This document shows positions 39,060 through 49,024 of a stretch of 64,000 nucleotides of DNA, piece by piece (within the stretch, counting starts at the first letter, position 1; the number at the start of each line of letters is the position of its first letter). Source of the DNA: an uncultured Candidatus Bathyarchaeia archaeon (lineage in GTDB: Archaea; Thermoproteota; Bathyarchaeia; Hecatellales; Hecatellaceae). The notes under the pieces are model-generated. The model did not search any database. It had not been told where the DNA came from and saw only the letters and a program-made list of their open reading frames with translations. The translations under genes and the position numbers were made by a program. The stretch is taken from the NCBI GenBank assembly GCA_964569845.1, contig CAZMUQ010000002.1:919-64918 (forward strand). The letters are read 5' to 3'.

Positions 39060-39260
39060 TTAACTTAGCTCCTCTACAACTTCTCCCTTAATTAATGCTT
39101 TTCCACCAGTAGGTTCAACCAAAACTTCTCCACAAACTTTACATGGGACACGCATACTTGCCATATTAAATACTATTTGCTCATTTCCACATTCAGGACA
39201 CTTTACTCTTAAAAATTTACTTCTTGGTCGAGGAATTAACTCTCTTAATCTGCTAACCAT
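39060..39260 (-). CDS. rps27e: 30S ribosomal protein S27e
   Basis: 66 aa with C4 zinc finger CPECG...CKVCG. Confidence 0.9.
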   Translation of the reverse strand: MVSRLRELIPRPRSKFLRVKCPECGNEQIVFNMASMRVPCKVCGEVLVEPTGGKALIKGEVVEELS

Positions 39261-39278
39261 AATAATAAACCCCGCCTT

Positions 39279-39569
39279 TTAAGACTTTATTGTAGCTTTT
39301 CTAAGTCTAATTCCTTTTTTATGGGAAATGTAGCCGCATTCCTTACATCTGAGCTTCATCGTGGCTTTCTTTGTTGTTTTAGCTGTTCTTTTAAGTTCAG
39401 GATATTTTTGTCCTCCATAACCATGCTTATCCCACTCATGGTGTCTTGCTCCAGCTGCAAGAGCTCTATCTCTACCCTTCCTGTAGAGACTAACCATATG
39501 AATAGTATGAGTTTTGCAGCGTGGACAGTAAGTTCTTATACTTTTTGGGAAGTTTATCCTCCACACCAC
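39279..39569 (-). CDS. rpl44e: 50S ribosomal protein L44e
   Basis: 96 aa with CPRC...CKECG zinc ribbon and basic composition. Confidence 0.9.
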   Translation of the reverse strand: MVWRINFPKSIRTYCPRCKTHTIHMVSLYRKGRDRALAAGARHHEWDKHGYGGQKYPELKRTAKTTKKATMKLRCKECGYISHKKGIRLRKATIKS

Positions 39570-39641
39570 CCTTAGATTTCCTTCTTAACTAAGAAAATTT
39601 TACTTTTATTTATCTTTTTCAGCTAAAAATGTTTAAATTTC

Positions 39642-39830
39642 ATGAAGATTAAAACTTTAACGGTGTACTTCTTGGCTGAGATTAAGGTAGAATATCAGTG
39701 TATCCGATGCAATAAAAAGTTTACCTATGATGAATTAAGCATGATGCCCGAGCTTAAATGTCCAAAATGTGGATATAGGATACTTAAAAAGATAAGACCA
39801 CCAGTAGTTAAGCATATTAAAGCTAGGTAA
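39642..39830 (+). CDS. rpoP: DNA-directed RNA polymerase subunit P (RpoP/Rpc10)
   Basis: VEYQCIRCNKKF...CPKCGYRILKKIRP zinc ribbon typical of RpoP. The track ATG at 39642 gives 62 aa. An internal TTG at 39672 (MAEIKVEYQC...) would give a more typical ~52 aa. Confidence 0.7.
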   Translation: MKIKTLTVYFLAEIKVEYQCIRCNKKFTYDELSMMPELKCPKCGYRILKKIRPPVVKHIKAR

Positions 39831-41451
39831 ACTCTCTACTAACAATATTTTTTAAGCCCTCAATAAAGTGGTTAAAAGAATCCTTAGAATAAGGCTTTTT
39901 AATAACATCAATACTAACTAAACCTCTTTTTTCTTTAATTATTCTGCTAAGCAACCTATCACTTAGAAGTTTGGGATCTCTGTAAATCACTATTAACTTG
40001 TAAGGTTTACCCTCAATATACCTAATGATGCTTTTAGCAACCTCGATTTTTACTTCACCTTTAAATGGTTTACCAACTTCAAATTGGGATAACGGATAAA
40101 CATCATCAATTTCTAGTGGAACAACCCCGAAAGGAGCCGTGTAAAAACATATATGAAAGTCTTTAAGGTTGAAGTCTGCATCCTCTAAAAATTTACAAAT
40201 AAGCTTAAATTCCCTAGATTTATGAAAAGGTTTAGTAGAAGGTGGAGGTAAAAGGAGAAGGATTTCTGCTTCCTCAGGTTTACCATAATTTTCTACTAAC
40301 TTCTCCCTGTAAGAAATGATTTCAGGTCTTTTAACACTAATGTTATCAAAAATAAATACTCCTCGCTCCTTAAACAGAGGAGTATCTTTCAGAAAAAGTT
40401 TGGAGAATTTAGCAATTAAGCTAAATGCCTTAAACAGGCTTGGATGAGCTCTTGCTCTTAGCTCTAAAAGCTCCCAAAGTTTGCCATCAATTATATGCTG
40501 CTTAATACGCTGAATTTCAGACCAGCAAACATAAAGATTATGTCTCATTAAAAGATACGTTCTTTCACTTTTTTCTTTTTCTTTTAGGTCTTTTGGAGTT
40601 AAATTTCTACAAACAGGACAATCACAAGGGAAATATTCCAAATTTTTGAGCCTTATTGTTCCTGTTTCTGTGAGGTATCTCTCATCTTTAGCATAAAGAG
40701 CATAAGATGCGGAATCAAACATATCGCAGCCAAGAGCAACAGCAAAAGAAAACATAAAAGGATGACCAGCTCCGAAAAGATGTAAAGGCTTATTTGGTGG
40801 GAGATTTAGCTTTGCAGTTAAAATCATCTTTACAAGGAAATCAAAAAAATACCTTTCCATAACTTCCGTAGGGCTCCCAATAGCATAAATATCAAATGGA
40901 ATCTTGCTTAATTCTCTTGCAGAAAAGGAGATAAGATCTAGATAGTTTCCACCTTGAATAGGTCCAACCCAAAGAGTGATATGTTTATTTTTAAGGTAAT
41001 TTTGGATTTCCCTAGCCCTTTTTAATGTTTCATTTACTGTCCATTCAGCATAATTTTTTGAAACACCCCATCCTGTTGGAACATCAAGGATTACACCTAT
41101 ATCTGAGCCTATTTTTTCCTGAAAATCAAAAATTTCTAATGGTTTAACATCTACATATCCGTATCTTAAAATTTGGTATCCGCCAGAATCAGTCATTATA
41201 ACACCGCTAAATCCTAAAAAATTGTGGATACCGCTTTTTATAACATCTGTTTCAAAGTATTTTTTTAAAATGTAAGCATTTGTCATTAAAGCTTTAAATT
41301 TAAATTCATCAAAAATTTCTTTAGGTTGAATTTCAATTTTTTTAGGGTTAATAACGGGGAGTAAAAGTGGAGTTTCAATAACTCCACTTTTAGTTTTAAT
41401 TTTACCTATTCTTCCAAGTAAGTCTTTATTTTTAACCTCAAAACACATCAA
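39823..41451 (-). CDS. tgtA: archaeosine tRNA-guanine transglycosylase
   Basis: 542 aa with N-terminal FEVKNKDLLGRIGKIKT...ETPLLLPV and TGT zinc motif CDCPVCRN. Confidence 0.8.
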   Translation of the reverse strand: MMCFEVKNKDLLGRIGKIKTKSGVIETPLLLPVINPKKIEIQPKEIFDEFKFKALMTNAYILKKYFETDVIKSGIHNFLGFSGVIMTDSGGYQILRYGYVDVKPLEIFDFQEKIGSDIGVILDVPTGWGVSKNYAEWTVNETLKRAREIQNYLKNKHITLWVGPIQGGNYLDLISFSARELSKIPFDIYAIGSPTEVMERYFFDFLVKMILTAKLNLPPNKPLHLFGAGHPFMFSFAVALGCDMFDSASYALYAKDERYLTETGTIRLKNLEYFPCDCPVCRNLTPKDLKEKEKSERTYLLMRHNLYVCWSEIQRIKQHIIDGKLWELLELRARAHPSLFKAFSLIAKFSKLFLKDTPLFKERGVFIFDNISVKRPEIISYREKLVENYGKPEEAEILLLLPPPSTKPFHKSREFKLICKFLEDADFNLKDFHICFYTAPFGVVPLEIDDVYPLSQFEVGKPFKGEVKIEVAKSIIRYIEGKPYKLIVIYRDPKLLSDRLLSRIIKEKRGLVSIDVIKKPYSKDSFNHFIEGLKNIVSREFT

Positions 41452-41544
41452 CTAACCCTTATAAAGGAAGCATTCTAAAAACATTAATAACATATAATAA
41501 GCTTTTGCCTTAAGATTTTTAAACTATTAACCTTTACCTTAGGA

Positions 41545-41970
41545 TTATCCTGATGTTTCTCTTATAAATTCTTCATAAACCTTTTTAACTCTTTCAACAG
41601 CTGGACCTGAACCTTCAATTACACCATCTTTTGTAACTCTGATTTTATCCATTACGAGGATAACTCCTGCATCCTCGTAAACTTTTACAAGCCTAGGAAA
41701 TACTTTCTCTAATCTTTCTGCAAGACCTTTAAGATTAAATGGTTTCTCAGTTACAAAAAATTGCGCAACTGTTCTCCCGTTTATAAACATTTTTGGAATG
41801 TCTCCACCATCTTCGCTTTTTACATCAGCTAGGCATAGGCTTAATGTTGTGGGCTCAAAGCCTACAAGTATACCGTCGTACTTTTTGTTTGAAGTTGTTA
41901 CTACCACAACATGCTTATCTAATGCTGTTGAAACTTCCTCAAAAAATCTTCTTGCGGCAATATTTGACAA
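41545..41970 (-). CDS. Sm-like (LSm) protein with C-terminal extension
   Basis: 141 aa. Sm1-like VVVTTSNKKYDGILVGFEPTTLSLCLADV and Sm2-like MFINGRTVAQF, followed by a ~70 aa extra domain. Confidence 0.5.
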   Translation of the reverse strand: MSNIAARRFFEEVSTALDKHVVVVTTSNKKYDGILVGFEPTTLSLCLADVKSEDGGDIPKMFINGRTVAQFFVTEKPFNLKGLAERLEKVFPRLVKVYEDAGVILVMDKIRVTKDGVIEGSGPAVERVKKVYEEFIRETSG

Positions 41971-42050
41971 TTACATCACCTATCCCAATTAATGTTAATC
42001 TTAAGGATATTTAACCTTATACTTAACCTTATACTTTAGCAATAGGAAGA

Positions 42051-42251
42051 TTATGCTTCACTAAATTTTAAACTTTTAATCTTTTCTTTAGCTTCATCTA
42101 TTGTTGAAGCCAAAGCTAGGATTTTAACTTTAGTCAAATTATTTTTTAAACCACAAAAAACACAACGCTTATTTTTTTGTCCTACTTTAGCCATGTTTAT
42201 CTTTCCACAGGAAGAGCATCTAAACATCATGTAACCTCTACACTTAGACAT
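42051..42251 (-). CDS. small zinc-ribbon protein
   Basis: 66 aa with CSSCGK...CVFCG. Confidence 0.4.
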   Translation of the reverse strand: MSKCRGYMMFRCSSCGKINMAKVGQKNKRCVFCGLKNNLTKVKILALASTIDEAKEKIKSLKFSEA

Positions 42252-42820
42252 ATTTTTAACACCTCTTCAAGTTTTCCTTCGCTTTCAAGTTTAGCAAGCC
42301 AATTAAACATGCCGGATTCAGGTTTCTTTTCTCCATGAATAACAGATAAAATTTCCCTAGTAACATATTCAATACTCTTACCTGTAGTATCAATTTCATG
42401 AACTCTATTGGTCCCATACACCTCTAAAGCCTCATATAAGCAAAAATCTAAGATTTCAGCTAAAACATTCTCACAAACTTTTTTTCTTGAAAAACCCTTA
42501 TTTGTAAGTCTTTTAATAAGCTCAAAAGGTTCACACCGTAAGACAAAGATTAAAGGATTAAATCTTTCTGGAATTTTAACAACAAAATGTGAATCAAAAA
42601 TAAAATTTTCTTGAGATTCTGCTAAAAATTTTTCTAAATATTTTGAAAGGGAATCAACATCCACAATATATGAACTTAACTCTTCATCGAAACCTAAAAT
42701 AAAACCTTTCTCAATCGAAAAATTACCTAAGTTTATAACTTTCCAATTAATAATTTTTGAAACTTCAAAAGCTATAGTTGTTTTACCTGCACCTGGACAG
42801 CCTGTAATATAGAGTATCAT
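42227..42820 (-). CDS. Fap7/adenylate-kinase-6-like nucleoside kinase
   Basis: 197 aa with P-loop ILYITGCPGAGKTT. Size and motif fit the archaeal Fap7 family. Confidence 0.6.
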   Translation of the reverse strand: MILYITGCPGAGKTTIAFEVSKIINWKVINLGNFSIEKGFILGFDEELSSYIVDVDSLSKYLEKFLAESQENFIFDSHFVVKIPERFNPLIFVLRCEPFELIKRLTNKGFSRKKVCENVLAEILDFCLYEALEVYGTNRVHEIDTTGKSIEYVTREILSVIHGEKKPESGMFNWLAKLESEGKLEEVLKICLSVEVT

Positions 42821-42885
42821 AGTTAATCATTTTCCTCACATAAATTTATCTATAAAGAGCTTAACCTAACTTTATATAGTTTAAA

Positions 42886-43368
42886 TTAACCTTTTCTTAG
42901 CCTACCCTCTCTATCTATTTCCTTGGCACGGATTCTTGTTGATGATATCGGCTTCCCATTTTCAGCTTTAACCTTTTCTATTAGGACTATCTCAAGCCGC
43001 TTTAAACCATTTATCTCCCTAATCCTGTTAATCTCCTCAGCTATGTAGACAGTTTCATTACTAACCATTATTGCATCTAAATCTTTAACAATATGAGCTA
43101 TACCAAATCTGTTATCTATGGGAACTATTTGAAACCTACCAATAAAACCTCTCTCAGATAAAAATTCTTCTAGAACCTTCTTCCTATACTCGTAAGGATT
43201 TACTTCATGTTTCTTTAGAGATTTTACAAGAGAGTCTGTTGAAAGCCCTATTAAAACTTTCTCACTTAAGTTAAAAGCTTCTAGAAGAGTTTTTTCATGC
43301 CCCTTATGTAAAATGTCAAATGTTCCACCAAGGGCGAGTTTTTTAAACTTAAATTTACCTTCAGCCAT
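42886..43368 (-). CDS. cytidylyl/adenylyltransferase (archaeal phosphopantetheine adenylyltransferase-like)
   Basis: 160 aa with GGTFDILHKGH nucleotidyltransferase motif. Confidence 0.6.
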   Translation of the reverse strand: MAEGKFKFKKLALGGTFDILHKGHEKTLLEAFNLSEKVLIGLSTDSLVKSLKKHEVNPYEYRKKVLEEFLSERGFIGRFQIVPIDNRFGIAHIVKDLDAIMVSNETVYIAEEINRIREINGLKRLEIVLIEKVKAENGKPISSTRIRAKEIDREGRLRKG

Positions 43369-43479
43369 GAATAATTACCACTATAATTAGGTATTAGTAA
43401 ACCAAAATTATAACTTTAAATGATTAAACTTTCTAATTTTAAACTAGAATTTATCTTTAAGTTTTAGAAGGTTTAAATT

Positions 43480-44382
43480 ATGCTTACTGAAGAGGAAGTT
43501 GAAAAGCTTAGGAAAGCAGGGGAGATAGCTTCAAAGGTTAGAGGATGGGTTGAGGGATTTATTAAAGAGGGTATGAAAATCATTGATATTTGTGAAGCTG
43601 TGGAATCTAAAATTTTAAGTTTAGGTGGAAAACCAGCTTTCCCGTGTAATGTTGATGTTAATGAGGTTGCAGCACACTATACTTCACCACCAAACGATGT
43701 AGAAGTTATTCCTACAGCATCTATAGTTAAAGTTGATATCGGAGTTCATGTTGATGGATATATAGCCGATACGGCAACAACCATATGCTTTAACCCCGAA
43801 TACCTAAGTTTAAGAGAAGCTACAATTCGTGCTTTAGAAGAAGCCCTAAAAATTGTTAATACTGGAGTTAAGGTTTCTAGTCTGGGTAAAGTTATTGAAG
43901 AAACAATTAAAAGATATGGAGTTCAACCTATCAGAAATTTGACAGGACATGAAATGTCAAGATACACTATCCATGCTGGAATTCATATACCGAATGTTGG
44001 CCTAATGAATGGCAGCAAAATAGAAGAGGGAAAAGTTTATGCTATTGAACCATTCTCAACAACCATAGAAGGTTATGGTGAAGTTGAAAATGGACCAAGT
44101 GGGTACATCTACAGAATTTTAAAAGATAAACCTCCAAAAGGAGGTGAGGAAAAAATTCTCTTTAACGTTTTAAGGGAAAAGTTTCGTAGCTTACCTTTTG
44201 CTTTACGCTGGGCTTTAAAAGTTTCCCCTGTTAAGGATTTCCACAGAGTATTTAATAGTCTTCTCCGATCAAGGCATATCTATGCTTATCCAGTATTAGT
44301 TGAAAGGAAGAGGCAACCAGTAGCCCAATCAGAGCATACATTTATAATCTATAAGGGTAAGGTTGAAGTTACGACAATTTAG
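43480..44382 (+). CDS. map: methionine aminopeptidase (type 2, archaeal)
   Basis: 300 aa. Pita-bread fold and conserved metal-ligand positions (D..D..H..E..E pattern). Confidence 0.85.
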   Translation: MLTEEEVEKLRKAGEIASKVRGWVEGFIKEGMKIIDICEAVESKILSLGGKPAFPCNVDVNEVAAHYTSPPNDVEVIPTASIVKVDIGVHVDGYIADTATTICFNPEYLSLREATIRALEEALKIVNTGVKVSSLGKVIEETIKRYGVQPIRNLTGHEMSRYTIHAGIHIPNVGLMNGSKIEEGKVYAIEPFSTTIEGYGEVENGPSGYIYRILKDKPPKGGEEKILFNVLREKFRSLPFALRWALKVSPVKDFHRVFNSLLRSRHIYAYPVLVERKRQPVAQSEHTFIIYKGKVEVTTI

Positions 44383-44774
44383 AATATTGAAGATTCTTTT
44401 GACTCTTTTTTAGCAGGCTCTTCCACATATATTGCTTCAATCTGGAAAGGCCCCCCACAATTTGGGCAAGAACCAATAACTTTAGGTATATAATCTCCAA
44501 TTTGGAAATTTCTAACACTTTTAAAAGCACATTTCGTACATTGAATAAGAGTTAGAACTTTTTGTGAAGGTTTAGGTTGGGTTCTTGTTAATGCTCTTAT
44601 AAGCATTGTGAAAAGTACTAAGAATAGGAAAATACTTAGCAAAGTTAGAATGTAATCATATTGGTTTATGGGAATAGAAGAAAATTCCAAGAAAATATAT
44701 AAAAAGATTAGGAATATCATTAGCAAGAAAATTCGGAAAAGCCCCTTCAAAAAATTCTTTTTTTCCTTATTCAA
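44379..44774 (-). CDS. membrane-anchored zinc-ribbon protein
   Basis: 131 aa with two TM helices then CTKC...CPNCG. Confidence 0.4.
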   Translation of the reverse strand: MNKEKKNFLKGLFRIFLLMIFLIFLYIFLEFSSIPINQYDYILTLLSIFLFLVLFTMLIRALTRTQPKPSQKVLTLIQCTKCAFKSVRNFQIGDYIPKVIGSCPNCGGPFQIEAIYVEEPAKKESKESSIF

Positions 44775-44789
44775 TTTTTCACCATTTGT

Positions 44790-45953
44790 TTAGGCTATAC
44801 CTATAGTATTTCCTATTCCTGCAATTATTACAATATCTCCCTCTTTAGTATTTTCACTAATTATGCGCTTTATTCTTTCTAGGGCTTTTTCAACACCTTC
44901 ATAAATCTCCTTTTTCATAGGGGAAATAGCCTCTCTTAAAGACTCCTTTATGACAACAGCAAACAATGGAATCTTATACTTATTTGCAACTTCCTCAATC
45001 TTAAACCTTTCAACACCAATACCACCAATAGCAGCTCCAATACCCTCAGCAACATCACCAGTTTTCTCACCTTCAAATTTTAATGCAGCATCAACCATTA
45101 TGATGAGTGAAGGTTTACTTGAATCTGAGGATTTAAGATTTTCTATTAAAGTTGTAATAGCGTCACCAGGTTTACCCACATTTCCACCTGGACCTTCAGC
45201 CTTTAACACATAAACTTTCCTGCTATCAATACTTGTTTCGGCGAAAACCATATCCTTCTCAATCTTTTTCCACTCTCTGCCACGAACAAGTTTGTTTGCA
45301 ACTAAGGCACCGGCACCATCACCTATAGGTTGACCCTTAGAAAAAGCTTGGATAGCTCCTTCAAAAGCCGAAGCTTGCTCTAAAATTATAGGCATAATCA
45401 TTTGAAGCTGAGCCAATAAAAGATAGGATTTTGTACGCTTACTTAAAATATAATAATGCCTAATATACCGGTAAACAAAGTTTAGGTCCATCGCTGCTTC
45501 AAGAAGATTTTCTAAATTATTTATTGTTGATTCATCAGCATTAGGTGCAAGCCTACGAACCTCATCCTTCATGCTTAAATCACGTACATTTAATAAATGG
45601 TCAAGTTTCCAAACAATTCCAGCAGGGTCTAGGTTTACAGGTTCAATAAAAAATCTTTCTAAAAATTGGTCTATTCTTGAGGTTGGATCAACCTCAGGTT
45701 TACCGAGCTCCTTAACGGTTGATATTGAAATTTCCCTGGCTTTATCTCTAAGAGCTTTAAGTTTATAAAGAGACCTTTCAATATCTCTGGCCCATAAAGC
45801 CATTTGTAATCTTTGACCATAAAAGATGTAAGCAAATATGAAAACCAAAAAAAATACTTGAATAATCCAAGTAAGTATATTTGATTGTTCACCAAATAAC
45901 CCTGAAAGCAGAGGCATCTCAACCAACACCATCTGAAATTGTCCATTACACAA
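44790..45953 (-). CDS. membrane-anchored hypothetical protein (DUF1512-like)
   Basis: 387 aa with N-terminal TM helix then a soluble domain. Family assignment is from recall only. Confidence 0.35.
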   Translation of the reverse strand: MCNGQFQMVLVEMPLLSGLFGEQSNILTWIIQVFFLVFIFAYIFYGQRLQMALWARDIERSLYKLKALRDKAREISISTVKELGKPEVDPTSRIDQFLERFFIEPVNLDPAGIVWKLDHLLNVRDLSMKDEVRRLAPNADESTINNLENLLEAAMDLNFVYRYIRHYYILSKRTKSYLLLAQLQMIMPIILEQASAFEGAIQAFSKGQPIGDGAGALVANKLVRGREWKKIEKDMVFAETSIDSRKVYVLKAEGPGGNVGKPGDAITTLIENLKSSDSSKPSLIIMVDAALKFEGEKTGDVAEGIGAAIGGIGVERFKIEEVANKYKIPLFAVVIKESLREAISPMKKEIYEGVEKALERIKRIISENTKEGDIVIIAGIGNTIGIA

Positions 45954-46034
45954 ACAACAAAAGAAGGATTCGGGTAAATAAAGCTTTATTTGGAATAGAG
46001 AAAACTTTATCTTAATCTTTAACCTAAAAAGTAT

Positions 46035-46159
46035 GGGCTCACGGCCATAGTCCTCAGGGTAAGACCCGGTCCCATCAGAACCCGGAAGTGAATCCTGAGG
46101 ACGCCGTTCGTTGTACTACTCTCCGAAAGGGGGTGGGAAGCGGCGGTGCCGTGAGCCCA
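46035..46159 (+). rRNA. 5S ribosomal RNA
   Basis: GGGCUCACGGCCAUAG...ACCCGGUCCCAUCAGAACCCGGAAGU...GUACUACUCUCCGAAAGGGGGUGGGAA...GCCGUGAGCCC. Terminal helix I pairs, loop C/helix III consensus is present, about 55% GC against a ~33% background. Followed by a T-rich run (46162-46170). Confidence 0.8.
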
Positions 46160-46230
46160 TGTTTTACTCTTGGGATGTAGGTTGGTCATTTTAGCTTTTT
46201 GGCTTACATTACTATCTACCGGGATTTCTC

Positions 46231-47022
46231 TTGCGTGATGATGAAGTCTTTAGTCAAAAGGTTATTTATGACAAACAGTATGGAAATGCTGAAGATACTT
46301 TTAAGGTTACTTTTTGGGAAATATCTGCAGTAAAAATGATTATTGATGGTGTTAAACCTTCTAAAAAAAGTGTAATTTTAGATGTTGGTTGTGGTTTAGG
46401 GAGGATACTCACGTTAATTTCTCTTTTAGCAAGTTGCTATTGTATTGGTATTGACTTGTCTTTTAAAGGAATTAAGGTTGCAAAAAATTATGCTAAAAAA
46501 ATTAAAGCTGGAAAATTCTGTGATTTTATTGTTGCTGATGTAAGATTTTTACCTTTTAAACCATTATGTTTTGATACAGTATTATGTCACCACGTACTTG
46601 AACATATACCTAATGATAGAAGAACGCTGGAGAAAGTTGTTAATAAGTTAAAGAATGAGGGGAAAATTTTTATTGCTACACCAAACACACATAAACGAGT
46701 TTTACCTTTTATTCAGTTTTACTACAGACGTAGTGATAAGCTTTATGGTCATCTAAGACGATACAAGGTTGAAATACTAACTAAGTATCTTAAAGAACTT
46801 AACCTAAAAGTCTTAGATTGTGGATATTATGATGGTTTACTAAAAAATATTGTTTTGAGTTTGCCAGGTATGAGCGGGTATAAGACCCACAACTTAAGAA
46901 ATTTAAGCACCATCGGAAAGTTAAATATGATTTTTTGGTTTATTGCCGAGAAGATTGAGAAAAAATTTAGGTATTTACCAATAGCAGCAAACTTATATGT
47001 TATTGCAGAGAAAAACTTTTAG
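46231..47022 (+). CDS. class I SAM-dependent methyltransferase
   Basis: 263 aa with motif I VILDVGCGLGR. Confidence 0.7.
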   Translation: MRDDEVFSQKVIYDKQYGNAEDTFKVTFWEISAVKMIIDGVKPSKKSVILDVGCGLGRILTLISLLASCYCIGIDLSFKGIKVAKNYAKKIKAGKFCDFIVADVRFLPFKPLCFDTVLCHHVLEHIPNDRRTLEKVVNKLKNEGKIFIATPNTHKRVLPFIQFYYRRSDKLYGHLRRYKVEILTKYLKELNLKVLDCGYYDGLLKNIVLSLPGMSGYKTHNLRNLSTIGKLNMIFWFIAEKIEKKFRYLPIAANLYVIAEKNF

Positions 47023-47025
47023 ATT

Positions 47026-47625
47026 TTAAGCTAAAGCAATACCCATATGGTAAAGCTGAATCGTAGAGTCTAAAAGTATCTTCAAATTGTTATTTACCGC
47101 CCTAAAGCAAAAGTCACAATCTTCACCTCTACTAAGGAAAGGATTAAAAAGCCCTATCTTTTTAAAAACCTCCCTTTTAATCATCGTACAACCCATACCA
47201 ACATGTTTTACGTATCTTACGCTACAATCAGGATCTTTCCAGCCATAATCACCATAAAATATGCTTGCAATATTACATACTTTCATGTGATTAAGCAAAC
47301 GTTTCAGACATTCTCTAGTAAGTAAAACATCACTATCGACAAAAAATATATACCTGCCATGACTTCTTAAGACACAAAGGTTTCTGGCTTCAGATATATT
47401 TGTTTTACGCTTAATTATTTTTATACCCCAATACTTCCCTAGGTTTTCTTCCCTAAATTTTTTGAGAATATCTAAAGTTTCATCAGTACTTCCACCATCA
47501 ACAAAAACAACTTCCAATTTACTCTTATCATAATCTAAGCTTTTAATTGTATCAAGTACAAGTTTAACTGTTAACCCGCAATTTAAAGTCGGCATACATA
47601 TACTTACGGTTGGTTTTTTAACCAT
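47026..47625 (-). CDS. family 2 glycosyltransferase
   Basis: 199 aa with VSICMPTLNCG...VDGGSTDET GT-A fold motifs. Confidence 0.7.
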   Translation of the reverse strand: MVKKPTVSICMPTLNCGLTVKLVLDTIKSLDYDKSKLEVVFVDGGSTDETLDILKKFREENLGKYWGIKIIKRKTNISEARNLCVLRSHGRYIFFVDSDVLLTRECLKRLLNHMKVCNIASIFYGDYGWKDPDCSVRYVKHVGMGCTMIKREVFKKIGLFNPFLSRGEDCDFCFRAVNNNLKILLDSTIQLYHMGIALA

Positions 47626-47649
47626 AAAAAACCCCAGAATAAGGGGGAA

Positions 47650-48564
47650 TTAGGAAACCATAAAAGTTGGGTTATCGTCTGTGACGATTTCTTCCTCTTC
47701 CTCAAGCTTTTTTCTTAAATGTTTAGGTAAACTAAAAATAGATTGATGTGTTTTTCCATCATAAAACTTTAAGTCTTTAATACCTCTTAACTCAAGCTTC
47801 TTATCAATTTCATCCACTGTTAAAAATTCAGGACTAAACTTTTTTGAACCTAAAACAAATCCCCAAGGAGATGAATAAGATGCAACTTCAACTCTATATG
47901 CACTAGTTAAAGGAAAAACTACGCTTACAGTTTTATATATTCTTGAAAAACAGCTTAGGCTGTGAAAAATAGAGGTTGCTTGGGTAACCATTAAACCTTC
48001 ACTACCTAGTTTCTCATTAACTACAGTATAAAACTCCTTTGTGTAAAGAAGATAGGAGGGGCCCCCCTCTAGAGGATCTGTTACATCAATAATGATTACA
48101 TCATAAGTATTGTTAGGTTGATTTGTAAGAAAACTTCTACCATCCCCAAAAATAAGCTTAACTCTTTTATCCTCAAACGAATCTCCACATATTTCTCTTA
48201 AGTATTTTTTTGATACTTCTATAACATCTTTATCAAGGTCAACCATTACTACGGAGGAAACAGTGTTATGTTTTAAAACTTCCCTTAAGATACCCCCTTC
48301 ACCACCACCAATAATAAGTATATTTGAGGGGTTTGGGTGGGTTAGTAATGCAGGGTGGACAATAGCTTCATGGTAAATCCATTCATCCATGAGTGAAGAT
48401 TGAAGCTTACCATCAAGAATTAAACATTTACCGTAATCATAAGTATCAATAACTTCAACCTTCTGATAAGGAGTTTCACCTGAAAAAATTAACTTTCTAA
48501 TTTTATATTGAAGAAGAGCTGTTTCCGTTAAATTTTCGGAGTACCAAACACCACCACTTTTCAA
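47650..48564 (-). CDS. speE: polyamine aminopropyltransferase (spermidine synthase)
   Basis: 304 aa with VLIIGGGEGG...VVMVDLD motifs. Confidence 0.85.
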   Translation of the reverse strand: MKSGGVWYSENLTETALLQYKIRKLIFSGETPYQKVEVIDTYDYGKCLILDGKLQSSLMDEWIYHEAIVHPALLTHPNPSNILIIGGGEGGILREVLKHNTVSSVVMVDLDKDVIEVSKKYLREICGDSFEDKRVKLIFGDGRSFLTNQPNNTYDVIIIDVTDPLEGGPSYLLYTKEFYTVVNEKLGSEGLMVTQATSIFHSLSCFSRIYKTVSVVFPLTSAYRVEVASYSSPWGFVLGSKKFSPEFLTVDEIDKKLELRGIKDLKFYDGKTHQSIFSLPKHLRKKLEEEEEIVTDDNPTFMVS

Positions 48565-48932
48565 CTAAGAACCTCCTCAACAATTTTTGGTTTATGGAAA
48601 GCTCCTCTTTTAAGTTCTAAAACTCTAACTCTTTTAGGCTTAATTTCTTCAACAATTCTTTTATAAGCCTTCCACGGATCCATTTTAGATCCGCAGGTAA
48701 AAATATCGATTGCAACATAACCTTTTTCAGGCCATGTATGAATTGATAGGTGAGATTCGGCAATTAAGATAACTCCAGTTACACCATAAGGATGAAACTT
48801 GTAAAAGAATTTCCATATTATTCTTCCTCCAGCTTCGTTTAAACCCTTAACTAAAACACTTTCCAAAAATTTTTCATCATTAATAACATCGAAATCACAA
48901 TTAAAAAATTCGACAATTAAATGTCTACCCAC
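48561..48932 (-). CDS. speH: S-adenosylmethionine decarboxylase proenzyme (pyruvoyl-dependent, archaeal type)
   Basis: 123 aa with self-processing site ESHLSIHTWPE. Overlaps speE by 4 nt, consistent with an operon. Confidence 0.85.
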   Translation of the reverse strand: MGRHLIVEFFNCDFDVINDEKFLESVLVKGLNEAGGRIIWKFFYKFHPYGVTGVILIAESHLSIHTWPEKGYVAIDIFTCGSKMDPWKAYKRIVEEIKPKRVRVLELKRGAFHKPKIVEEVLS

Positions 48933-49024
48933 GTAGCCTATTTTACTCTCACCTCCATAAATTTTTGATCTTACACTAAGAAAAATATTATCTGAAGTCT
49001 TTGCTTTAAAATTTTCTCAAAAAT

